A stretch of DNA of 64,000 nt from an uncultured Candidatus Saccharibacteria bacterium. GTDB lineage: Bacteria; Patescibacteriota; Minisyncoccia; UBA6257; Colwellbacteraceae. The DNA is taken from assembly GCA_964348915.1 (NCBI GenBank), contig CAYGEM010000001.1, forward strand, positions 10,360-74,359. Direction: 5' to 3'. Below the pieces are notes generated by a model. It did not search any database. It was not told the origin of the DNA and was given only the letters and a program-made list of their open reading frames with translations. Position numbers and translations under genes: made by a program. Within the stretch, counting starts at the first letter, position 1, and each line of letters opens with the position of its first letter. Shown here piece by piece: positions 1-8,311 of the stretch.

Positions 1-191
1 ATACGGCCGACCGACCTTTATAAATCCCTATTTATCGGGCTAATTTGACCTTTGGTATTGACGCCAACTTACCACAATATCTAACCTGATGTCAACAGCA
101 AGAAAAAACCAGACCGCCGTCAATGCATTAGTCGCCTCTGTCGTTTTCTCATCATAAGAGTATAATTATTTTGTAAATCCAACTTTATTTT

Positions 192-749
192 ATGGACATC
201 ATCCAAGAAATAAGAAATTTTGTTGAAGAAGAGTGTAAAAAACCGAGCAGCAAATATGGTTATGAGCCATTTACCTTTCATTTTATTCCGGTGGTGGAAT
301 ATGCCGGCGAACTGGCTGATAAATTGAGGGCCGACAAGGAAGCGGTCGTAATTTCCGCTTGGCTGCATGATATCGGTTCTATGGTTTATGGCCGCGAGGA
401 CCATCATATTACCGGAGCAAAGATTGCGGAACAAAAACTTGAACAATTGGGTTATCCCCGAGAAAAAATCGAGAAAGTCAAAGATTACATTCTCTCGCAC
501 CGGGGATCGCAGAATGTTAAACCGCAAACAATAGAAGCCCAAATTCTTGTTGAGGCGGATACCTTGAGCGCTTTTAACGATATAATCGGATTATTTCAAT
601 GCGCGTTCGCTTATGAAAATCTTTCGAGAGAGGAAGCCAAAAATTCGGTTAGACAAAAACTGATTAATAAATACAACCAGCTGAAATTCGAGGATTCCAA
701 AAAAATAATCAGGCCCAAATTCGAGGCGGCGATGCTGTTGTTAGAATAA
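192..749 (+). CDS. HD-domain metal-dependent phosphohydrolase
   Basis: Translation contains the HD motif (WLHDIGS) and downstream His/Asp residues typical of HD/HDIG hydrolases; 185 aa. Confidence 0.6.
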   Translation: MDIIQEIRNFVEEECKKPSSKYGYEPFTFHFIPVVEYAGELADKLRADKEAVVISAWLHDIGSMVYGREDHHITGAKIAEQKLEQLGYPREKIEKVKDYILSHRGSQNVKPQTIEAQILVEADTLSAFNDIIGLFQCAFAYENLSREEAKNSVRQKLINKYNQLKFEDSKKIIRPKFEAAMLLLE

Positions 750-754
750 TATAT

Positions 755-1306
755 ATGAATATCTATTTCATTACCGGAAACAAGAACAAGTTCGGGGAGG
801 CCAAGGAAATAATTCCCGAGCTTGAGCAGCTTGATATCGATTTGCCGGAAATTCAGGAAATCGACGGTCGGAAAATCATTGAAGCCAAGCTCGTTGAGGC
901 CCTTAAACGCCACAAAGGCGGATTTATCGTCGAAGATACTTCTTTGTCTCTTGATTGCTTGAACGGCCTACCTGGGCCGCTTATCAAGTGGTTTTTGAAA
1001 ACTATCGGCAATGACGGACTTTGGAAGATAGCCGAAAGGGCCGGCAATCCGAAGGCCGAGGCGAAAACTATCATCGGCTACGCCAAAGACCCCGATAATA
1101 TCCGCTACTTCGAGGGAAAAATAAGAGGAGAAATAACCGCTCCTCACGGAACAGCCAATTTTGGCTGGGACCCGATATTCCAACCCGAAGGATATTCCAA
1201 AACCTTTGCCGAAATGAATCGGGAAGAAAAAAACAAAATCAGCATGCGCCGCCTGGCGTTCGAGGAATTTAGAGAATATTTAGAGACCCGCGACTTTAAT
1301 GCTTAA
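755..1306 (+). CDS. rdgB: Non-canonical purine NTP pyrophosphatase (Ham1/RdgB, dITP/XTP pyrophosphatase)
   Basis: N-terminal IYFITGNKNKFGEAK and FGWDPIF motifs characteristic of the Ham1/ITPase family; 183 aa. Confidence 0.8.
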   Translation: MNIYFITGNKNKFGEAKEIIPELEQLDIDLPEIQEIDGRKIIEAKLVEALKRHKGGFIVEDTSLSLDCLNGLPGPLIKWFLKTIGNDGLWKIAERAGNPKAEAKTIIGYAKDPDNIRYFEGKIRGEITAPHGTANFGWDPIFQPEGYSKTFAEMNREEKNKISMRRLAFEEFREYLETRDFNA

Positions 1307-2030
1307 AAATATCCTCATCACCGGAGGTGTAAAAAGCGGAAAATCCACCCTTTTGCGAAACTTAACCGGAGGTATCCCGCAGAAAACCGGTTTTATCACT
1401 AATGAAATCCTCGATAAAACCGGCCGGGTCGGTTTCGAAATAGAAACCAGTACCGGACACGGGATTTCTTTAGCCCGTCTTAATCCGGAAACTTTGCCTA
1501 AAGTGGGAAGGTTTTTCGTAAATATTCAAAATCTCGAGTCGGCAGTCACGGAAGTTAGCGTCTTCGAAAACAAGGATATTTTGTATCTAGACGAAATCGG
1601 GCAGATGCAGTTGCTTTCCGAGAAATTTAAAGATCTCGTTATAAAATTTCTTGATTTTGAAAATATATGCCTTACTACCCTCTCATCCGTCTATCAAAAT
1701 GATTTTATTGAAAATATTAAAAAACGAGACGATATTATTTTAATCGGAATATCCGCGGAAAATAGAGAAGAAAAAAGGAAGTTTATAAAACAGCTAATGG
1801 CAAAGATTAGGAAAGCGCAAAAATATATCACCGAACCAGAACGATTTACTCTACTAGACGGCGGGATCGAACTGGAATCGAATCATGGCATAAGAAAACT
1901 GGCTTTCCGAGACGGAAAATGGCAATGCGATTGCGATTTCTTTCAGAAATACGAGATTTGCAGCCATTCTATCGCCGCGGAAGAATATCAGAAACAATGG
2001 ATTATTGAACGACCAGGCCTCGTTTTTTGA
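1299..2030 (+). CDS. THEP1-like P-loop NTPase fused to a C-terminal SWIM zinc finger
   Basis: Walker A ITGGVKSGKST at the N-terminus and a Walker-B-like LYLDEIG. The C-terminus has WQCDCDFF...CSHS, i.e. a CxCx(n)CxH SWIM-type zinc finger. Confidence 0.5.
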   Translation: MLKNILITGGVKSGKSTLLRNLTGGIPQKTGFITNEILDKTGRVGFEIETSTGHGISLARLNPETLPKVGRFFVNIQNLESAVTEVSVFENKDILYLDEIGQMQLLSEKFKDLVIKFLDFENICLTTLSSVYQNDFIENIKKRDDIILIGISAENREEKRKFIKQLMAKIRKAQKYITEPERFTLLDGGIELESNHGIRKLAFRDGKWQCDCDFFQKYEICSHSIAAEEYQKQWIIERPGLVF

Positions 2031-2643
2031 CTTCGGCTTCAGCCCATGACCGCGCTGAGGTTTTTTGTAGATCCGCGTCTTTTCGGCAACGCTGGCAGAT
2101 TACGATTACCTGGTCGACCGAAAAGCTCGAGAGCATCAAATCAATCACATCAGAATTTATTTGTTCGATTAGGAAACCCTTTAAACTCGCGAGGAGGTCC
2201 AGAGAGCGGATAAAGTTATAGGCCTCGGCTGACCTCGAAGCGGCTACAAATTCGGAGTATCCAGCCAAATCTAGATGTGGGCAAGCAATATCGATCGCTT
2301 TTTTAATTTTCCCTTTGTCTTTTGCGATAAACTCAACTATTTCGGGTGCACCCAAAAGGCTAATGCCAACATCGCTGATATATCCGTTTTCCGATTCATC
2401 GGCAAGCCGAAGCCCGGTTGCAAACATTTCCCCATACGAAACCGAACCATTTTCAACCGATTTCATTAAACCGGCGATCATTTCATCTATTTTCCCCCAC
2501 ATCTCATCGGCGGTATTGCTTTCATCTTCCGTGGAACATGCTTCTTTTATTCGTTCCTCCTGCTCGGCCACTATCCTGGCACAATCGTCCACCCAGGCGC
2601 GGATATAAGGATTTTCCTGAAAATTTTCCGGTGAATTAACCAT
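2002..2643 (-). CDS. Hypothetical acidic protein
   Basis: Listed ORF 2002..2748. The likely start is the internal Met (MVNSPENF), giving about 213 aa. No recognisable motif; convergent overlap with the NTPase 3' end. Confidence 0.3.
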   Translation of the reverse strand: MVNSPENFQENPYIRAWVDDCARIVAEQEERIKEACSTEDESNTADEMWGKIDEMIAGLMKSVENGSVSYGEMFATGLRLADESENGYISDVGISLLGAPEIVEFIAKDKGKIKKAIDIACPHLDLAGYSEFVAASRSAEAYNFIRSLDLLASLKGFLIEQINSDVIDLMLSSFSVDQVIVICQRCRKDADLQKTSARSWAEAEVKKRGLVVQ

Positions 2644-2807
2644 AATATAAGAATAGAGACAACGGAAATGCCGGTCAATACTTATTGTGAATTTCACTAC
2701 AATGGACTGCATCCGAACGCGGTTGGCCACGAAAAAATATTTATTCAAGTCAGAGATTTTCTCACGGAGAAAAGGTGGATTTAATCGGCCGTGTTATAAT
2801 TAAAGCT

Positions 2808-3398
2808 ATGAAAAAGAAAATTATAATCGGCGCGATAATCATAGTATCGGTCGGCTTGGCCATCGTCATTGGAATTTATTTTAAGAGGACTAACGCCCCT
2901 CTTTCTCCTTTAGGTTCGAGCGAGCAAATGCCGGAAGAAAAAACTTTGGTTAAAGATGATTTTTCCATTCTCTCTCCGCAGGGATGGGAAGAAGCGCCTG
3001 CCCCGGCCGGGGTCTCTCTCATGATGATTAAACCCGGGGAGAAGATGACCGATCCCGCGGCAGAAAAGCTGAATTTCAAAAGTTATTTTTCCGTAAGCCA
3101 TGATTCTCCCCAGTCCAAAACTAAGGAAGAATATCTTCAAGATGTCCGAAACGGCTTGAAGCAGGCCTTTCCGGATATCGTTTACGATAAAGACGAATCG
3201 ATTACGCTCGGAGCCGGCGAAGCCCAAGCAATGGAATTCGCGATAACCCAGCAAGGGGCCGATTTCAAGGTTTTGCTGGATCTGGCTTGGGGAAAAAATA
3301 ATGATGCTTGGGTGGTCTCATTTAATACCACCAAGGACAAATGGGATGAATACAAAAATCTATTTTACCGGATCGCCGACAGTTTCAAAATAAGATAA
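2808..3398 (+). CDS. Hypothetical membrane-anchored/secreted protein
   Basis: N-terminal MKKKIIIGAIIIVSVGLAIVIGIYF is a signal anchor followed by a soluble domain with no obvious motif. The listed ORF starts at 2775. Confidence 0.4.
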   Translation: MKKKIIIGAIIIVSVGLAIVIGIYFKRTNAPLSPLGSSEQMPEEKTLVKDDFSILSPQGWEEAPAPAGVSLMMIKPGEKMTDPAAEKLNFKSYFSVSHDSPQSKTKEEYLQDVRNGLKQAFPDIVYDKDESITLGAGEAQAMEFAITQQGADFKVLLDLAWGKNNDAWVVSFNTTKDKWDEYKNLFYRIADSFKIR

Positions 3399-3573
3399 AT
3401 AGCGATTCTTTTTTCGGTTAATTCCACCCCCCCTTGACACTTAATGGGAAAAAGGCCATATTTATATCGCGTCAGGAGTTTTCTGAATAGTTTTCTTGTT
3501 TTGGGAAACAGCGAGTGTTAATCGTGTAAGTTCAGGAAGCGGAACCGAATAGTCGAAAATTACTTAGATATAT

Positions 3574-3834
3574 ATGGCAAAGAGACTTTATATTGGCGGT
3601 TTGTCCTACAACACCACCAACGATTCCCTGCGCGACGCGTTCGCGCAGGCCGGAGCCGTCGAGTCGGCTAACGTCATCTTCGATAAGATGACCAGCCGCT
3701 CTCGCGGATTCGGATTCGTGGAGATGTCCAACGACGATGAGGCCCAAAAAGCTATCGACATGTGGAATGAGAAGGAGCTTGACGGCCGCAAGATTACCGT
3801 CAATGAAGCGCGCCCGATGAGGGACGCTCGATAA
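3574..3834 (+). CDS. RRM (RNP-1/RNP-2) RNA-binding protein
   Basis: RNP-2-like LYIGGLSY and RNP-1 RGFGFVEM motifs; 86 aa; followed by an intrinsic terminator. Confidence 0.8.
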   Translation: MAKRLYIGGLSYNTTNDSLRDAFAQAGAVESANVIFDKMTSRSRGFGFVEMSNDDEAQKAIDMWNEKELDGRKITVNEARPMRDAR

Positions 3835-3860
3835 ATCGCGTTAAAACAGACGCGTAAAAA

Positions 3861-3888
3861 CAGGGGGTTCGCCCCCTGTTTTTTTTTG
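3861..3888 (+). terminator. Rho-independent terminator
   Basis: Perfect hairpin CAGGGGG-TTCG-CCCCCTG followed by a run of 9 T. Confidence 0.75.
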
Positions 3889-3920
3889 TTAGAACTAAAA
3901 ATAAGTATTATAATTGCTTT

Positions 3921-4736
3921 ATGCCCGCAATCATCAAAGGCACGCTTATTATTATCGGTTTGGCGCTTGTCGGCCTGGTAATTCTTCCCTTAGCCGGCCC
4001 GTTTTTTGAGAAATTATTGAGTGTCGGCGTTCAGCCGAGTAAAATTTTCGTGGTTTCGGTCACGGAATACGAAGACGAGGGAGAGCCTCCTGTCGAAACA
4101 ATAACAACGCCTCCGCCAGGAAATGATAGCATTACCCCGGTATTTATCTCATCGCTTCAGGCCGGAGCGCAGCGTCTTATTGATTTATCCCCTCTTCTTG
4201 AAAGCGGTTCTATCTCTTGTTTTAGAGAAGATCCCGAATCGGCGCCGAAGGCGGGCGCGCTTGAAAATATACGCGACGTAGCTAACGGACTTTTACCATA
4301 TATCTGCAGTCCCGATTGCACCTGCAAACGCGGTGGAAGTAATAATCAGATTACTTTAAGCGAGTGGCTGGTCAGCGCGATGATTTCTCTTACCGAACAT
4401 TACGGCAATCAGATTTCTTTCACGAGTTTGACCGGCGGTAAACATGGCGCCAATTCCGGACATTATGCCGGCTTGTCGCTTGACGTGATATACAAAAACG
4501 GCGGCCCCGCTGAATGGAATAAATTAAAGTCTATGGTCAGTTCTGCCGGAGCAGTCAGCGTAATTTGCGAGGCATTGCTTGATAAAATTACCCCGCTGTA
4601 TCTGAAAAACTGCGACTTTATCGAGGACGGCTGTTATAGCAATAAAGGCCAAGATGTTTGTGTCGACAAAGAAAGAATCACCAATATTCATATCCACGCG
4701 ACTTTTCCCTCGACTCGGCCGCCGCCCCAGCCATAA
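3921..4736 (+). CDS. Membrane-anchored Cys-rich protein with an M15-family (VanY/LD-carboxypeptidase-like) zinc peptidase signature
   Basis: N-terminal TM helix; SGHYAGLSLDV fits the SxHxxGxAxD zinc-binding motif of M15 peptidases, and a downstream HIH may be the second zinc ligand; 271 aa. Confidence 0.45.
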   Translation: MPAIIKGTLIIIGLALVGLVILPLAGPFFEKLLSVGVQPSKIFVVSVTEYEDEGEPPVETITTPPPGNDSITPVFISSLQAGAQRLIDLSPLLESGSISCFREDPESAPKAGALENIRDVANGLLPYICSPDCTCKRGGSNNQITLSEWLVSAMISLTEHYGNQISFTSLTGGKHGANSGHYAGLSLDVIYKNGGPAEWNKLKSMVSSAGAVSVICEALLDKITPLYLKNCDFIEDGCYSNKGQDVCVDKERITNIHIHATFPSTRPPPQP

Positions 4737-4741
4737 TCGCC

Positions 4742-5509
4742 ATGCAAAACCAAACTAATTATTACGGAAAACGCAATCTTTTTAATCCGTCATCAGACGA
4801 CCCATTTCGGTTAAGCCGGAGCAAAATCGATTTATTCCTGAACTGCCCCCGTTGTTTTTACCTGGACCAGAAACTGGGTGTCAGCCGGCCGGCCGGCTAT
4901 CCCTTTTCGCTTAATGCCGCGGTGGACACCTTATTGAAAAAAGAATTTGACTATTACCGCAAACGGCAAGAGCCGCACCCGCTTATGATTTCTCACGAAA
5001 TCGACGCCGTTCCTTTCGCCCATGAAGATTTGGAAAAATGGCGGGATTCCTTAAGGCGCGGCATAGATTACATTCATCCGAAAACGAACTTTCGAATAAC
5101 CGGCGGCATTGACGATGTCTGGATAAATCCGGCAAAGGAACTTTTCATCGTCGATTACAAAGCCACGGCCAAGAATTCAGAAGTAAATTTGGATGCCGAA
5201 TGGCAGAAGGGCTATAAGAGACAGATGGAAATTTACCAATGGCTGTTCCGCCGGAACGGATTCGCGGTTTCGCCGATTGGTTATTTTGTTTACGCCAACG
5301 GACGGCTGGACCTCGATCGGTTCGATGCCAAATTGGAATTTATTTTGAAAATTTTGCCCTATGAAGGCAATGATTCCTGGGTAGAGAAAAAATTAACAGA
5401 GGCCAGAGAATGCTTGTCGGCCGGAACTCCGCCCGAGGCCGCGCCGGAATGCGAATACTGTTGTTACGCGGAAAAATATCCGCGCAATAGGAATTGCGCA
5501 ACCCTGTAA
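4742..5509 (+). CDS. Stand-alone Cas4/RecB-like PD-(D/E)XK nuclease with a putative 4Fe-4S Cys cluster
   Basis: RecB nuclease motifs GGIDDVW (II), IVDYKAT (III) and QMEIYQWL (QhxxY); N-terminal CPRC and C-terminal CEYCCY...C cysteines as in Cas4/DUF83. Start moved to Met 4742 (ORF listed from 4658). Confidence 0.6.
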   Translation: MQNQTNYYGKRNLFNPSSDDPFRLSRSKIDLFLNCPRCFYLDQKLGVSRPAGYPFSLNAAVDTLLKKEFDYYRKRQEPHPLMISHEIDAVPFAHEDLEKWRDSLRRGIDYIHPKTNFRITGGIDDVWINPAKELFIVDYKATAKNSEVNLDAEWQKGYKRQMEIYQWLFRRNGFAVSPIGYFVYANGRLDLDRFDAKLEFILKILPYEGNDSWVEKKLTEARECLSAGTPPEAAPECEYCCYAEKYPRNRNCATL

Positions 5510-5890
5510 GCCGGATTCTGTCTGGTTCCGACCTAAGTCGGAACGAGGCGATAATTTATCTAAGGCCCTCGATTTCTCTCGGGCTCGTGCGGCACTTCCT
5601 TCGACTTTGCTCGGGACTAATCCGGAGCTTGTCGAAAGACGCGGCCTTGCACCCAGCAAGGATTTAACCGTTTCACCTCCGAAGTCGCCTTCGGAGCTCG
5701 CCCCGACCGAAGTCGGGGCGCCTCAACCCTTTCGGGTTTCGGCGTCTCTGTTCGCACCTCTACTCCGACCTGGGGTCGGAGCGGCGGTAATTAGCCGATG
5801 CTGTTATCCCTCGATCCGCCAGCTGGCGGACTCGGGACGGGTGTCCGGACTTTCCTCTCCGATTTTAATCGGAGCTATCGCCCAGGTTGC
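5498..5890 (-). ncRNA. rnpB: RNase P RNA, bacterial type A
   Basis: The minus-strand transcript has the P4 motifs GAGGAAAGUCCGG (about 5835-5850) and ACAGAAUCCGGCUUAC (about 5506-5521). GCAACCUG at the 5' end pairs with CAGGGUUGC at the 3' end (P1). It also has an E. coli-like GCAAGGCC element. ORFs 5393..5659 (-) and 5607..5900 (+) overlap it and are judged spurious. Confidence 0.8.
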
Positions 5891-5908
5891 AAAAAGATAA
5901 TGTCACTA

Positions 5909-6304
5909 TCAAAGTAAAGAGTCAAGGGCACGATTGGCAAGAGAGTCGGCGCGGCGGTTCTTTTCCCGCGGAATTCGCGTAAACTTCACGGCTTTAAAAT
6001 CCTGTTTCAAATTCCAAATATCCACGAAAAGAGGAATCAAATTTTTGTCCTTCAGCTTGTATTCCCCGATAAGCTGACGATGCAGAAGTTCGCTGTCCAT
6101 TTTTATTTCGACTTCGGTTTCTTTGGCTTTCTTTTTTCCGAGCAGTTGTTTGGCTTTTTTCAAGCCGAAAATGGCCGCCCGGTATTCGGCTACATTATTG
6201 GTCAGAACGCCGATGGCTTGGGAATATTCCCTGTCGCCTACCAGAACGCCGATTCCGGCCGGGCCGGGATTTCCGCGACTCGCGCCATCACAATAGATTG
6301 TTAA
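5909..6304 (-). CDS. rnhA: Ribonuclease HI (start codon unresolved)
   Basis: The listed 84-aa ORF (TTG start) is only the C-terminal half (REKNRRADSLANRALD). The same frame continues upstream to 6304 and encodes the RNase H N-terminal motifs (TIYCDGASRGNPGPAG, NNVAEYRAA). No ATG/GTG/TTG lies before the upstream in-frame stop at 6347-6349. Confidence 0.65.
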   Translation of the reverse strand, partial: LTIYCDGASRGNPGPAGIGVLVGDREYSQAIGVLTNNVAEYRAAIFGLKKAKQLLGKKKAKETEVEIKMDSELLHRQLIGEYKLKDKNLIPLFVDIWNLKQDFKAVKFTRIPREKNRRADSLANRALDSLL

Positions 6305-7146
6305 TTTATTTTTTTCCAGGGGAAATTTATTTTGCCATCTTTGATTTTAACAATGAAACCGGAAGCCGCCTTGTGTCCTCCCCCGCCGCGCTTGGCGGCG
6401 ATTTCAGCCACGTCAGTTTCGCCGGCGGAACGGAGAGAAACTTCAAGCCGGCTGTTGCGGTAGCGCCAGATTATGCCGAAATCACGGCACCTTGTCGCGA
6501 GAATATGGCCGATTTCTGAAACGAGGAGAGGCGAATTAACCGCAAGAACCCGATGGCCGGCGAATTCCACCGATTCGGCGGAAGCGGATATTTTTTCCAT
6601 CGCTTTCAATTTATAGGATTCGATGGCCCGGCCGATTTCGCCGTATTTTTTTCTTTTTTCGGCCGACTCAAAATCTTTGGCAAGCTTGCTCCAGAGGCGG
6701 AAATCAAAGCCAAAAGTGTCGAGCGCCGAAAGCAATTCGCGACTCTTCGCGAGCTTGAAACGCCAGAGGTCGCCGTCCTCGACATATTTAAGAAGTTTGG
6801 GAACCGATTTCCTCGGATGAAAATATTTCCATGCCGAAACGGCGCCGGAATGATTGAGGTCAAAAAACGCCTCATCGGCATACCGAAGGTATTCCTGCTG
6901 GCTGATGTGATGGTCGATGGCGACAAGCCGGTGGTTCTTTTTCTTGAATTCAATCAATTGATTTTTGACAGAGGGGAAAAAATCCAGAAAATAGACGTCT
7001 TTTCCGTCGCCGATGTCCGGCAAGGGGGCTTGATGTTCTACGGCCAGATAAGCGGCTTTTTTACCGAATTTCTTCCAAGCGGCCCAAGCGGCGCCGAAAC
7101 CATCGGCGCAATTGCGATGATAGATGACCACGATTTTTTTAGTCAT
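6301..7146 (-). CDS. DHH/DHHA1 phosphoesterase (NrnA-like nanoRNase / pAp phosphatase)
   Basis: DHH motif (LVAIDHH) and C-terminal DHHA1 GGGH motif (KRGGGGHKAASGF); 281 aa. Confidence 0.75.
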   Translation of the reverse strand: MTKKIVVIYHRNCADGFGAAWAAWKKFGKKAAYLAVEHQAPLPDIGDGKDVYFLDFFPSVKNQLIEFKKKNHRLVAIDHHISQQEYLRYADEAFFDLNHSGAVSAWKYFHPRKSVPKLLKYVEDGDLWRFKLAKSRELLSALDTFGFDFRLWSKLAKDFESAEKRKKYGEIGRAIESYKLKAMEKISASAESVEFAGHRVLAVNSPLLVSEIGHILATRCRDFGIIWRYRNSRLEVSLRSAGETDVAEIAAKRGGGGHKAASGFIVKIKDGKINFPWKKIN

Positions 7147-8221
7147 ATTTTTTATTTTTTGCGTTCTTGACCAAAGCTTCTATTCCGGGCATTTTTTCTC
7201 CGCTAAGATACGCTAACATGGCTCCCCCGCCGGGAGAAAGATGGTCTATCTTTCCGGAAACGCCGGCTTCTTCAATCGCCCGCAGAGTGTCTCCTCCGCC
7301 GACGATTGAAAAAGCTTTGGAGTCGGCGACGGCTTTCGCGATAGAAAATGTTCCGGCAGAGAATTTTTTAATTTCAAAAACGCCCAAAGGTCCAACCCAA
7401 ATTATCGCTTTAGCTTCTTTAATTATTTTGGAGTACGCAACGACAGTTTTGGAACCGATATCGAATATATCATCTTTTCGAACGGCATAATCAAACGGCA
7501 TCATTATTTTGCGGGGGTATTTTTTTAGTAAAAACCTGACCAAGGAGACGACCTTTTTACCGCCTAAAGGTTTGGTCCGGCAGCCGGCTTCTCTCAAAAA
7601 CAAATTGCCGGGTATTCCGCCAAGGAGAACGCGATCTACCCGGGGGATGATTTTTTTTAATCGCTTGATTTTATCTTCGGCTTTGGCGCCGCCGACAATC
7701 AATATTCGCGGCCGGTGACGGGAAGATAGAGCTGAATTCAGGGCTTTCAGCTCGGCGAGAAGATTCGGCCCGGGAAAGCTGGCTAAAAAAGAAGCTATTC
7801 CGCAAGTCGAAGCATGCTCGCGATGAGAACTGGAAAAATCATCATTGACGTAAATATCGCCAAGAGAAGCAAGGGCGCGACTGACTGTTTTGGAGTTGCT
7901 CGTCTCGCCGGAAAGAAAACGAACATTTTCAAGGAGAAAAATCGAATCAGCCGGAGATCCCTTAATTTTTTCCGCCATCTCGCCAAAATTGAAACCGGGC
8001 AGAAAAATTATCCGCCGATTTATTTTTTGGCTAAGCAATCGGCCGGACGGCCGGAGGGTCAAACGACCGTCGCTCTTTTTCGGATTGCCGCGATGGCTTA
8101 ACAGCACTATTTTGCCGCCGAATTTTCGGAACCATTTGATCGCGGACGCGGCCTGGCTAATCCGGATTAAAGAAGGATGACGAGGGTCAAAATCCAGATT
8201 GACACGCAAAAGGCAGGTCAT
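7139..8221 (-). CDS. pgk: Phosphoglycerate kinase
   Basis: PGK signatures VNDDFSSSHREHAS, IVGGAKAEDKI and SIVGGGDT; 360 aa. Confidence 0.85.
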   Translation of the reverse strand: MTCLLRVNLDFDPRHPSLIRISQAASAIKWFRKFGGKIVLLSHRGNPKKSDGRLTLRPSGRLLSQKINRRIIFLPGFNFGEMAEKIKGSPADSIFLLENVRFLSGETSNSKTVSRALASLGDIYVNDDFSSSHREHASTCGIASFLASFPGPNLLAELKALNSALSSRHRPRILIVGGAKAEDKIKRLKKIIPRVDRVLLGGIPGNLFLREAGCRTKPLGGKKVVSLVRFLLKKYPRKIMMPFDYAVRKDDIFDIGSKTVVAYSKIIKEAKAIIWVGPLGVFEIKKFSAGTFSIAKAVADSKAFSIVGGGDTLRAIEEAGVSGKIDHLSPGGGAMLAYLSGEKMPGIEALVKNAKNKKYD

Positions 8222-8311
8222 TTAAAAACTCATCGAGGCGATGGTCACCAAAGCGACGATGATAATCACCACGCGCACCAATATTTGTTTTCTACTTTTC
8301 CGCTTGCTCAT
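8222..8311 (-). CDS. Candidate 29-aa single-TM micro-protein
   Basis: ATG at 8311 to TAA at 8222 encodes MSKRKSRKQILVRVVIIIVALVTIASMSF. It sits in the tpiA-pgk gap where secG often lies in bacteria, and overlaps the tpiA 3' end by 20 nt. It is below the 60-aa cutoff of the ORF track. Confidence 0.2.
   Translation of the reverse strand: MSKRKSRKQILVRVVIIIVALVTIASMSF

Noticed and set aside
1-191. Possible sigma-70 promoter (TTGACG ... TATAAT-like) upstream of the HD-hydrolase gene
   Set aside because: The spacing is not convincing and there is no independent evidence.
5393-5900. ORFs 5393..5659 (-) and 5607..5900 (+)
   Set aside because: They overlap the RNase P RNA gene and have Ala/Pro/Arg/Ser-rich low-complexity translations; the RNA assignment explains the G+C-rich sequence.
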